DNA of 64,000 nucleotides from Balanoglossus misakiensis. Its lineage: Eukaryota; Animalia; Hemichordata. The number at the start of each line of letters is the position of its first letter. The stretch's first letter is position 1. This document shows, one piece after another, positions 1 to 13,300 of this stretch. Below the pieces are notes generated by a model. The model was given only the letters and a program-made list of their open reading frames with translations. It had not been told where the DNA came from and made no database searches. Position numbers and translations under genes: made by a program. The stretch is taken from assembly GCA_040954595.2 (NCBI GenBank), contig CM082581.2, positions 9,341,878-9,405,877 on the forward strand. The letters are read 5' to 3'.

Positions 1-3000
1 TGGTTACTCCAGGTCAAAGGGCAAAGGTTGACAAGGCATGGAGCTGTTTTAAGGGTGTTTCGCCAACGTGAGAAATCGCGATCGTGGTATTGTCAAATGC
101 AAAGCTTTGGGAACAAAATTTATGTACATTTGTCAAATCTCAGTGCACAGCTGTTGATCGTATGCGTACAACTCATTATGTGTTATAGAAGTGCTTGATT
201 TTTTTCATTACAATTTCGTGACAGATTGACAATATTAGCAGCAGGCCTGCATGCACAAATGCTCATTGGATGCCACAGATAATGACACTTGACCCACCCT
301 ATGTATAATTATCAGTTGCCGCATCAATTATTCCAATGAAGCAAACTTAATCGCTCATAATATATTTATAAGTTGTTAGTGACTTTGCTTAATGGGTGAT
401 CGATTTTACTTCAAAGCAAAGAGCTACTGTTTCAGAAGAGAAAGTTCAATAATAGTGGCCAGAGGGGGGAGGTGGGTGGTGGTATGCAAGTGGATCCATT
501 GAATTTCCAGAATTGAGTGGTTTATTTTTGAAGCATGGAGTCATGCATAACGATTTACAAATGGTAGCTGTGGTATTTGGAGTGTGTTAGCAGTGTTGTG
601 TGCTGTTTGTGACTTTCACAATAAAGGTGGTTAAATTTCAACAAATGTCGGTACAAATATAAATATTTATTGCACATTGTTAGCATAGCAACTAGTAAGT
701 TAGTTTCCAGTCCAGGCAGGACATGTATAAGAAATAGTGATGAGTTAGGCAAACATGGCTTTATATGTGAGCCGTGTGCTAAGAGCTTGTCAATATGTAT
801 GGTAAGCAACAACTGCGATGCCATCAGGTTTTCACATATTCTTGTTCCAGTGGTAAAATTGCTTAGTTCGAAGTCACTGTTAATGTCGTCAGTCACATGG
901 AAAAGAACTTTACAGTTCCTGTGCAGTAGAGCTTGGGGAAACATTTTCCCAGCGACAAGATAATCACTGGTGGGGTCAAGAGGTCGAAGTGGTGGTTGCA
1001 TGGTAGTGGTCAATTAGGACTGCCTGTGATGTGGGTGTTCTTTTCTTGACCGTGACTGAACAAGTTTCCCACACAAAAAAATATTGATTCATTCTCAGTA
1101 GTCACATTAAATTTTACATCAAAGTTAAATAAAGTGTCCTGAAATGGTATTTGAAACTCTCCACGCAATCTTGACGTACCCAGATTATGAAGAGTTTGAT
1201 GTAAGTGATTGTGATGTTTATAGGTGGTCTGACTGACTGACTGTGTGGGTGGGATGTCATACATATGTACCTCAGTGGCACAAGAAATTTTAAGTGGTTT
1301 TAGCTCATCCTGTATATCTTTTTTACTGGGATACCTGTATTTTACAAACAATAGTAGCAGATCAGAGGAATCTTCAAAGCTGTTCGTTAGCCCCAACAAA
1401 TATCCAGACAAAACTACATGTAAAAACCTTCATGAGCCTCAGCCTTAGCTAGATCCAACATGCTTGTGAGAAATTTATCTCTACTGGCGTACAAATGGTT
1501 TAAGTGATGATTTCAGTCAGTATTTACGGCTGTCAATAAAATAAAACGCTTTGAAAACTGATAAGGTTGCCGTGGCAACAGAATTTTAATGCTGATGACC
1601 CCCGCTTTGTAATTGGATCCTTTGAATGCAAAGGTGGCCGTGTAAACTGTATGAAGGCTGAACTCGTGTCATTCTAAATTGACTGAAGTACAGATGGTTC
1701 TGTTAGGTGTTTAATATTTATGACTACATCCTTTCCTTTGATTGACAGCGAAAACTCCGAACCTGTCAATAACAGAGTGGTTTATATATAACGTGATGGG
1801 AATACGGGGATAATTTCTGCCACATACTGACCACAGAAAAAGTTTTTGGCTCACTGTTGTTTTAATGAACCAAAGTTGTGTTTGTGTTGTAACGTAATCA
1901 AGAGTTCATTCTGAGGTCGTGAACCCAGTGATACTGAGTTGAGGACATTGGTCAGTCAGTCAGTTCACTCTTTTTTGACTCTCGTGAGCACAGTTTGTGA
2001 AGCCAGCTAGACGACTGGAACAATGTTCACATTTGTATCTCATATTCTGCTACTCTCTGGCCTTGCTCCATGCTTGCATAAATCGTTTTCAAAACCTGTT
2101 GGGCGACGACTGGCAATGGAGAGTTCTTGCAGTGCAGTGCCTTCTACCCCGTTGATTTATTTACGTCATGTCTGTATTTATATCTAGGCCAGCTGACACT
2201 ACTTTACAGCATGGCCTTCAGAGACGTATTCACCACAGCAGAGGTCATAATATTACACTGAAAGGTTGTTACAGAACCTCCGTACACCAACAAAGTCCAA
2301 AGTGCCTGCAGGAGGCTGCCTGTTATTTCAGAAACAAACATTGCCGCATGTACTGTACATTTGTACAGTTTTTTAGTGCAGCAGACATTCAACACGTAAG
2401 AACGCTAGTGTCATCCGATCGTCACATGACATATGCCGAGAGTATTATATTGAACCTGCAGTGTGCCTATTAATCTGTAATTTATTCCCAGAGTACCACA
2501 GAGGATAAAAAGTGTACAGAGAAAAAAGTGCAGTGAACTCGGTCATTATACATGGAATTGGAATGGCAAATTTGATTGACATTGAGAGATATTGAAATGC
2601 CTGGCAGAAGAATTGGATCTCTGAGGCCAACACCGACCTTCAAAATTCAATAGCCTCTGTAATGCAGATGCAGCTGTTAGTTCAAATTGCATGACTAATG
2701 TAATGGCCGAGATTTTCATATGCCATGTTTTGCTTTCCTTTTTGTAATTATGAGGTTTCGAGTCGTGACAGTCTCCATGTGCGTGTAGGAGGCCAGGGGC
2801 TAGAGGACTCGGGGGAAAAAACGTGATTTGTGAGAGCTTTCTATTTCTTGGCTGTGCCAAGAACAAGACATTGTGTTTAAGACTATTGTGATTCTTCTCA
2901 CGTCAGTGATGATAGTTGGAAAAGAAACTGAGTCTTGCCAATACATGTAATGCTTTATCCAATGGTTGGACAAGCTTCTCTGATGAACTCCTATTCCATT

Positions 3001-4320
3001 GGCAAAAATCGGCCATCTTGAAATTGTGTCGACCATGTGAGATTTTTATCACCCACCTAGGTAGCCAAAAACATATTTAAGGTCGGGAGAATTAAGATGG
3101 CCACACTGAATAAATGCTTCAAACAATAATTATATGATATATAATACTACTTTGTTGTATGGTATTTTTTAAAGTCTTTTTATGGGGTTAGTGACTCCAC
3201 ATTGATAGGTGCTGTTAAAGCCAGTGACAATGGAATCGATTCTCTGGGGAACGTGGCCAAGCTTACTCATCCGGTTGATCATAGAAAGCGAAATGCAAAA
3301 GGGAGCCAGTGCTTTTGACCTCAGTTGAATGTGCAAATTATGTCAGCGTCTGTGAACACTGTGTTGTCATGTTTGTTGGATAATGGCCAGCCGTTCAGTC
3401 AGAGGAAGAGAAAAAAGCAAACATCAAAACCAGACAATAAAACAATTAACCTCTGTGTGTGTGTGAACACTCAACATAGTCATATTGTCAGACAATTTGA
3501 CATTGTTTTTAGTGAAAGAAAGAGAAAAGAATTGTTGCATGACCTCATCAACAATATTCAATGTTTTGACCTTAATTAATGTTTATTGTAAGACCTTGAA
3601 TGGGTTGGCGGACGCTACCTTGCAAATACATGATCGATGCTTATTTTATTCCTGAATTAAAAGAAGGCTGAACGAATGTGATGCATGAAATTGCGTTTCA
3701 GGATTGGAAGTCTGATTTATTGAGAATAGTGCGATAAGTGTGCAAACAGAGTCTTAGAATTCATGTGAACGTACCAGATAGTGAGAGGGTAAAATGCTGA
3801 TTTCACAGAACGATAGCGTGTGAATCTCAAGTGGTTCGCAAACAGCTGAATAGGAATAGATCCCCACAAAAGGGGTGGAAAACTAGTTCACTTAGTAACA
3901 CAGATAATAGATTTGTCAAAATGAAAACGAAGGGTATTTTTTGAGATTCGATGGAAGTTTAGCGAAGGTTTAGCTGCATGGAACCATGATGTCATATCCT
4001 GACATGAAGTGAACTGTCAATAGTACACTGACCTCATTTGCATTCAAAGTGCTCTATTTCAGCAGATCTGCTGTCTGAATACACCCATGCATACAATAGA
4101 AAATTATGTCACCACGTTTTGACCTGATGTTTGAATTTCAGTTATATGACTTCAAATACATGTATGAAATTTGCATATTACTGGACAAGTTGTAATGACT
4201 GTAACGAAACAGAAACAACCATATCCGAGCATCTCGGTAGTAGTCTACTCCAACTTTCATTTTTTAACAGTCCGTCACTGTCCATGTGCTTCACTTGTAG
4301 GGCTGCCATAAGTCTCCAAG

Positions 4321-7300
4321 ATGGCGGATTTACCTAATGATGTGGATGCCAAGATGAACGACAACAAGGACCACGACGCGAAAGAGAAGTACATAGACAC
4401 AGTGAATCCCGACGACCCGGAGTATCAGCGCGAGTTGATCAGACCGGCGGTCATCAAAGAAGACATGAAAGAAATGGAGCGGAGGAAACGTGTTTCACTG
4501 ATCCTTAATAGTCAAGCCTTTAGAGAAGAATTAGAACAAATAGTCGAAAGTCAGATCAAGGTATGTCTGAATTGCATTTATTTCACAATGAGTGACCTCT
4601 GTTACTGCAAAGAAAAATGGCTGACCTAAAGGGCCCCAGGCAGAAAAATGGCTGACTTGGGGATAGCAAAATGGCCGACGTCACTGTTTCACTGGCAAGG
4701 AAATGGTCGGCTTTGCCATCTCTCTCATCAAATGGCGAACTGCCACGCCCCTGGAAAATCATTAGAGACAGGCTTTGCATGGTGAATTTAATAAGCTGTG
4801 ATCTTGTTTCAGTGCTGCACAGTTTGTGATCATTTTCCTTGATAAGTCCCGGCCCTAGCTGATCGATAAGCATGAAGGTCTTTGGGTATTTGCCTCAAGC
4901 AGCGATGGCAAAATTGATCAACGTCCCACCTGACAAGGCCTGCATATTAAAGAGTGCATTCGGTATCATTACTTAAAATGATAAGCCTGAATTCTATACA
5001 AAGCTTATTACCCTGACAGTGTCATCAATTAAAAATTTATCAGAAGATTCATCCAGTATTTACAAATATTCAGGAGATGTTATCACCTCAAGAATCTGGA
5101 TTAATCTTTTGATCTGACAGAAGCAGCTACTGATGACATAAAAATTGCAAGTAGTGTGACCAAAACAATCATGTGACACGTTCAGTCGTACAGTGATTAT
5201 ACGGCGTTGAGCCCAACAAGATGGAGCAGTTTATGTTCGGCTTTCTTGTCAACAATTCATCCGTGAAAGATTGATGCCAAGGACGACCTACCAGAAGTGA
5301 AAAGAAGTGTGCTTCAGAGATGTTGAAGCAAATGCAAATTTGGCAAATTGTTTTGTTTGTCTGTGTGTCTTTCCCAGTATGCTTTGCAAGCTGATGACAC
5401 ACTGCAGAAAAAAAAAACGGCAGATGTATTTTGTGGCATTGTCAATGTCTGCAGCCATGAAATGAAAGCCATTGCTAAACAGCCAACTGCATAAATTGTC
5501 GCTCCCCTACCCTGCCTCCAATCATTCACAGCTGTGTGCGGCTGCTTGCTTTGAAAAACTCTGTCCAACATAAGGCAACCTCAACCACCTTTGTTTTGAT
5601 ATTCTCATTATTTCACAAAATGTTTTCTAAAGTTGCATTTTGTCTCATTGTATCATGCAAAAACGACTAGTTTTTAAATCCATAAAGGATTTCCAAAGTA
5701 CACGAAATATGGGTCAAAGGCATAGCTGGAGATCAAAACTAAACCCAGCATGGTTCACTGATCATATTTCAAATGTAGCCCCAAAGAAACCACACCCTTC
5801 CCCTACCTACATATTTGCCATTCAGGGGTCAAAGGTTGAATGCGTGGATTTGTAGTTATTATTATTTCCCAAAAGAAGGTTACTTTTAATTCCACCAATC
5901 ATATTATTATTTGTTCATTTTTCCCCCTATGCTTTGCTTTTGCTATTGCACTTGGAGCAGAAGTCTTTGGTAAATTTTAATTGTACATAATTTTTTTATG
6001 TTGTTAATCTTTTATTTCATTTCACATAATTTGTATTTTGCATGTTTAAATTTAAGGTCCACTATTTATTTTTATAAGATTGTTTTGTTTTGGGTGTCAG
6101 TTTTAGTGATACTGCTAGGGTTACATCAATATTGCCTTTAAAGAAGTGTTTAGTGTCATTGATTTTCTCGGAAACCACAAGGAGAGTGGTTCGAAATTAG
6201 CACCTTATATAAAGAGTTGAACGCAAACTTGGGATGTTTTTCTTGCACGTGTAGTCATCCTGTGTCATCTGAGAGTTTTGCCTTTGATGTTAATTTCCAT
6301 CTAATGAACTTGTCTTTGATCCTTCCGCCTGGATTACGAAGCAATTTATTAACAGATGTCAGTTCCCAAACACGAGATGACAGGTCTATAATAAGATTGT
6401 CCCAGGACAGTTGGATATCAATTAAGGATTTTTTCCAAGCACATTTATTAACCAATGACGTCATGATTATGATGTATCTGTGTCAAAATTACACCTTCTA
6501 AGCCAAATGAGCTTATCATGATGAAATAAACATAATGGGCTGGCCATGACCAAGCAGTCAGAAGTGAAAAAAGACCAAATGTTGAAATTAAATACGCTGT
6601 TAAAATTTGTCTGATAACTGATGTCGTTCGGAAGGTGTGGCTGATTTAATTACACGTTCCATTTGCAATTCTAATGCTGTTCAGCTTCACCAAAAGAAAT
6701 GATATGTCCCGATAAATTTCTCGATGTGATATCAACTGCATTGCGGGAGATTAAAATCAAAGGCAAAGCACCTGCATACACTACACACACTCACTATCAG
6801 TGACGTGGATGCATATATTCATTATAATGGGTTTTCGTCTAGGGATAGTGTCTCTTTGCATTGCCTGTACCGCAGCATTGATTACAAATTCTTCGCAGGC
6901 CAGAGAATAAAACTGATACCCTGTAAGTGCAAGCTATATCATGCACAGTTCACAGGGGTATGAAAAATAAGATTTACATTGTAATCTGTTTTGAAGGTGT
7001 CATATGAGAATTTATCAATATAAAAAAACCAAGCTTGCTTTCTGTAGTGTCACCCCTATGTCTCGATCACCTTCTTCCCACTGCAGTTGTTTTATTCCAG
7101 TGCTATTCCTCCTTGTTTTCACTGTCTTGATCATCCCTCTTGACCCCCTCGCCCTCTCCTCCCCATGCTGTATCGGGACAATTACTCACCTGCTAGTCCC
7201 TCCCTCCCTTTCCAATGACAGAGGGGAGGGTTATCAGAAACAGTATGAATATTTCATGGCTCAAAGCAGCTCCCCCCCCCCCCTCAACTGTGATGGTGTG

Positions 7301-10300
7301 TAAGCTATACAGTTTACCATACTTAACCTCCATTACTCTGAGGCAATAAATCTGACAAGCTATTAAAATCAAAGCATCGAGTTTCACCTCTACAGATCAT
7401 TTTTTCAGCACATAAAATCTCAAATAGAAAGACCTGTCTCTAAAATATGATCACAGGCAATGTGAAGAGACATATTCCAACTTTTTGGTGTGTTTTTTCT
7501 AATGATAATATTTACGCAACATCAATAATTAAGTTAATGTTCATCTTTTCAGGTTGTCTCAAGCAAGGCTACAAATTGTCCAATGCAGTTCTGCCATGTT
7601 GATGGACCATCATCACTCATACTTAATTCTCTTTGTAATTTGAGATATCATTTTATGCTTTTAGCAGCTTGTTACAGATAAGAACTAATCCTGAAGTGAG
7701 CTTGTGAAAGATAGCATGGTGATTGCACATTGTTTGTGCAAACTGATTGTGATTGATGGAGGCATTTGACGAAGTGATGCACCAGTCTATCTCTTTGTAT
7801 CATGTCCTCACAGTTTTCACAGGGCGTTCAACTTTTCATATTGAAGCACAGAAAACTAAATGATCATTTGTTTAAAAAAAAAACGTGAAAGATTATGGTC
7901 CACTGCATGCAGTGAATATTGAATATTTGTAGCCTTGCTGTAAATGTCGTCATGGTAACTACTGTGCTCAGCCTGCACATAAGTGCTTTGTAGAACAATC
8001 ATGCTGTGGTTATTTTTTCACAGACTTATTCAACTTATGTCCTGTGATTGTTTGAGTTGTGATTTCGTTCGGCCTTTTCCAGTGTTGTGGAGGTCAAATT
8101 TATCTTTTAAAAAATGAATTGGTGAATAGTTCTCCACACTGAGAGAAACTCAATCAAGATGTTGAATTGACTTGCAATTTTCAGAGTATAATCGTTAAAT
8201 TGTAAATTCCGTCCAGGCGATGCATATTAGTTCCCTGCCGTTTCAGATTAAAGATTTATCAACACCAGGCTCTGTATCTGATTTGACTGATTGGCGAAAA
8301 TGTGAATGGCTGTGCAAATGTTGATTCGCGGTCTGGGTCGGCTGAAAATGTGATTGTTTTCTGATTGTCTCCTCCACAGACTGGCCCGCACCCTGCAAGC
8401 TTGATAGCCTTACAGCAGATCTCAGAACTTTTGTTACCACACTCAAGATATAACCAGACCAGCACCGGGGGCGCGGCTCTAGGCAGAGGTAAGGAACATT
8501 TCCTGATAGGTTTTTTAATTCTGTGTGTTTTTGGTTTGTTGATTTCTGTCATGGATGATGGCCAAGTCCCATTCGCGTTTGCCTTCACCATCTAGTAAAT
8601 TCTCTACGTTGCATTGTCCAATTTGTGTCGAACATCAAACAGGACTTGAAAACCAACCAACAATAAAAAAAATGTACAATCACACAGGTACCCCCCCCCC
8701 CCCATTGGCAAAACATTGATATTTTTTTTGTTTTAATGGCAGCTTGACATCATTGTCTTTTTCTTCACTTGAATAGGGTATTCAGCCGTCACCCCAATCG
8801 CTGACATCAGAGGTCTGGACTCACAGAATTACACCAAGGGAGAGAAGATTGTACGCTGTAAACTAGCATCACTTTACAGGGTGCTGGATCTGCAGGGATG
8901 GACCCATTCCATCTACAATCATGTGTCTGTAAGTACTGTCGTTGTCTGTCTGTCTGTCTGCAATAGTCTTGGATACCTTGTGAAATGATCAAGTATTGCA
9001 ATCCCTCATTATTTGTGCTTGGGTATGACCTTTCCGTTGTTATTTTTTTTCCACAGGTGCGCATTTCACACGAAGCTGACCACTTCCTCATTAATCCCTA
9101 CGGATTACTGTATCATGAAATCTCAGCGTCAGGCCTCATCAAAGTCGACATGCAAGGCAACACAGTGGACCCGGGATCCACCAACTACCCAGCCAACAAG
9201 AACGGCTGGAGTCTACACGCTGCTATCCACTCCACCAGACCTGCTATCAAATGTATTATTGAGTTGCACACCCCTGCAGCTGCTGCTGTGAGTACTACTC
9301 CACCACCCCTCCTTGCAGCTTTGGTTCGACCCAGATTTGATTGGTCAATTTAGTAGTGTGTGTGGGAATCAGATTTTGACAAAAAAATTAATATATTAAA
9401 GGACTGAAACCTATGATTTAGGTTTCCTGGTTAACAGCCTGGACTAACTGTGAGTGTTTTCCTTGAACTAGATTTGCCAGTTCCACAATGTTTACAGTGA
9501 TTTAGGCCTCTTAAGCAGTAAAAGTGACTGGTGACTTTCCTAAAATATCCACCAAAGATAAATACCGCGTGTCTGTGAAGATAAGGACAGTTTGAAATAT
9601 CTCAGACTAGCATTCTTATTAGATCCCTTGGATCCTTGGGAATTTAGACTATCCTTCAAACAGTGCCTTATTTGTCAGTGTATGCTGGTAAAAATACCAG
9701 GAATATAATTCTGCAAACCCCCTCCTCTCCCCATTGAAGTCAGACAATCATTGTGGGCACATAGTTACCCATAAGGAGATTTGAGATAGTCTAATCATTG
9801 AACTGAATGTCATGCCTGGCAGACTCATCGGGCCACTTTCCTTCCTCTTAGCGACAGACTTGAAAACTCCTCGATGTAGTTCGGCAGCATGATGACTAAT
9901 TGTGTGTTTGTTTGTTTGTTATCTCCACTGCTTCTGTACAGGTCTCGTGTATGAAGTGCGGATTGCTGAGATGTTGTGATGAGGCTTGTATACTGGGCGA
10001 CATATCCTACCATGATTTCACAGGGATGATTGTGGACAAAAATGACAGAGATTCCATCACCAGAGCCCTTGGCCCCAACAACAAGGTCCTGATACAGCGT
10101 AACCATGGCATTCTTGTCTGTGGTGAAACCATAGAGGAAGCCTATTTCCTGGCACTTAACGCAATGACTGCCTGTGAGACACAGGTAAGGCCCAAAGCCA
10201 TGGTGGTATTTTGGTGTGGGTGACATATAAGAATGTAAAAGTGACAGTGAATGCAGTACATGGCCCACCTTTATTATTGTGAATGACAAAACACTAACAG

Positions 10301-13300
10301 TGGTATCTTTACATCTTCTCTGCAGATCAAATTGTTGACTTGTAGCAACGTCGAGAACTTGATCCTAGTGGACGAAGCCATGAGCAAGAAAGCTAAAGAA
10401 ATTGCCGCGATAGGCATTCCCAAAACCGACGACAAACGTAAATGGCGGGTCGGGGAGCTGGAATTCGAAGCCATGATGAGGTGGTTGGATAACATGGTAA
10501 GTTGGTGCAATCAGGTAGTCATTCGTTTATCTTGGTCACACAAAGTGGATTGGCCAATTTCCCCAAAATTCAGAGTTCTAGATCTCCTGGCTAATATGTC
10601 CAGTCCTGTTGATCGAACTTCCAAGGTGACCGCCATGGTTTTTTGTTCCCCACAGGGCCACAGGACAGGCTACATCTACCACCAGCCACTGATCAAGACA
10701 GAAGACAAGAAGAAGTTCAGCGACGTGATGACACCCCCTGCATCCACCTCGTTCACGTACGTGCACGAGGGAGATGTGGAGAGCAGCAAGTACGAACCCC
10801 CCATGAAGATGGCTCAGAGAAGAGCCGCCGGTGAGAAGACAAAATGGCTGACCACCCCAAACACATACACCAAAGTGGAAGTTACCATCAGTGAAGAGGG
10901 TGAAGGCAGCCCCAAAACTAAGACTAAGGTGAGCCCTTCCTACATACACACACATACATACACATGTCTAATTCACTCCGTTTATCAGGTTGATTTATGT
11001 GATTTCTAGTGTGATAATCCAACTGCCTTTTCTTTTCCTCAGTGGGTAACTGAAGAGGAGGCCACCAAGGGAGAATTAATTAAGATACAAGATCCACAGC
11101 AATTTGCTAAACAAGGAGAAGATCCCAAAGAATTCAAGAAGAGACAAAAAGAGGTATACTGACAACACACCTGACCTTTGACCCAACAATTGTGACTTGC
11201 TTTATTCTAATAGGGCTTTTTTTGTTTCATTCTTTCGTTTCACTGTGAATGGTAACGGATATAAATATGCTTTTTGTCCAGATAAAACAAGACAGACGCG
11301 ATGACAAGATCCATGCAGGACCCATCTCCGAAGTCCTCCATGGAGTAGGTTACCCAGGCAGCAGATTACAGGTGAGATACACAGGCCATTGCTTTTGATA
11401 TCATGCGTGATAATGGCCAGTTGAATTATCAAATAAACACACAAGAAGAAAATGGCTGCACCAGGAAGGAAACGCAAAAAAGAGAGACATTTTACTGAGC
11501 CCTCGTATAATTTGTACCAGACAGGAATCTTATGCACAGGAAGTAGTTTTATTTTGTTTTGCTGCTTTCAAAATAATTATCGTTTTGTTTTCAGCTACAG
11601 GTTTTTGCTGAATCCTTGGTTGGGAAGTTGGACCCCAATTTTTGTTTATGTTTTCCCTAACACAGCACTGTGGCGTCTGTAACTAACCCATCATGATTAG
11701 TTTTTTTGTTATTTTTTTTTTTTTTGATAATGGTGATATCACATTCACATGTTGATATCTTTCATAGATGGGAGGTCCCAAAGGCCTTTGATGTATATTC
11801 TGTTGTTTTGTGAAAGAATTCGACTGTTGATGTTTTGGCAAAGCCAAGAATGTCACTATTGAATCTACAATCTGCAACGAACATGAAGTTGGTCCATTAT
11901 GTCAGAAGAATTTGTTTTCTAAGATGAAGTGTCTTTTCTGAGCTAAGATTTGACAAACATTGATGAAATATTTAGAATAAAATTAATGAAAACCTCTACC
12001 TGAAATGTGTCGGATTGGTTGAGACGGTGAAAAGATGCTTGCTACACACAGCCTCCCTACTGTCAGGCTGCACCATTTCCTTCGCATTTTAAGGGGTAAC
12101 AGGGTGGCATGTTGAGGTGCATTCTGTGTTAGAAAAATCAAGGCTGTGTGATCGAAGGGGTGTTTCACCTCTTTTGACATTGTTTTGGGTTGACCTTCAT
12201 CGGAAAACGATAATTTTGTGCTGTTGCCTGAAACACAACTGTTAATTGTCCCGAGAAGGCCGCTCATCAGAAATGTGAAAAACCCAAAACAATGCAGACG
12301 ACGGTGAATATAGAGCCCCCCTCCCGCGACAAATCATCTGAATTGGGTGAACTTTTTGTCACGGCCTGAGCATGAAGGAGTGACAGTTTATTTCTTTTTT
12401 CTCTCTTCTGTGCTAAGGATGCCCCCAAGTCAGATTCAAGGGATCTTTTGACCGATCTTAAGGTAGACTATAGTTATAACTTGCACTGTGTTATGAAAGT
12501 ATCTGGTCTTTATTTTTAATTCAGGCACAACTCCCCCTCCTCTCATTGAAAATGTCATCAGTCTCACTCCAGCCTTGGTTTTCTGTCATCTTCATCTCAC
12601 TAGTATTGTGTGGCTGTCGCTGTCAATGTGTGTTTGTGTTTTTTTTCTCGTCATTTTTCTCTTTCTTCCATTTTAGTTGCCGTTACCATGGTTTCGCCTG
12701 CATCAGTGCCGCCTCCTTTTGACTGCATTTCATCAACGTCTTCAGCCATCATTTGATTTCATTTCTTTTAATTTACCCCTCTTTCTTTGCAGTATATTTT
12801 TCATGTAAATCCTGAAAATTCCTTTTTTTTAAACTGGTCAGCAAAATTGCAATAAATTAAGAGTGCAGCTAGTTAGGTCCATCAGAGAACTTCCATAAAG
12901 AAAATGACTCAATCAAATGTAAACTTTCCCATGCAGTATATAATTTATCTCCATTTTTATGCTTTCAGTGCTGTAAAAGTAATTTTCAAATATTGTCTGG
13001 GATTCTCAGTAAGATTGGACAGGGGCTAATAAAGGACATCTTAATTTATGCTAAGGGATGGCCAAGCATTTCCAAGTTATTACTGTTTTTCATTCTCTGC
13101 AGCCTTCTCATGTTTGAACTTTCAATGGCCGAGTGTTTCCAAGCTACTCATGTTTGGTTACTTGTGTTTTCATTCTGTGTAGCCTTTTTCATCTGTGAAC
13201 TTTAATTCAGCGGGGAAAATTTGCCAAAAGATGGCAGATTTCTCCCTTGTAATCTTCCTTTATCATGTACCGTCTCTTTGAGTGATATGTTTCAACTAAA

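Noticed and set aside
555-4300. Several 60-150 aa ORFs upstream of the adducin ATG
   Set aside because: No recognisable motifs or coherent exon chain; most likely intron sequence 5' of the first coding exon.
6518-6620. ATGATGA...CTGA resembling a C/D box snoRNA in an adducin intron
   Set aside because: No terminal stem or recognisable rRNA guide; expected by chance in AT-rich DNA.
10332-11009. 225-aa ORF reading through two adducin exons
   Set aside because: It results from a 159-nt stop-free in-frame intron (10497-10655) with good splice sites at a position shared with the paralogs; nothing indicates retention.
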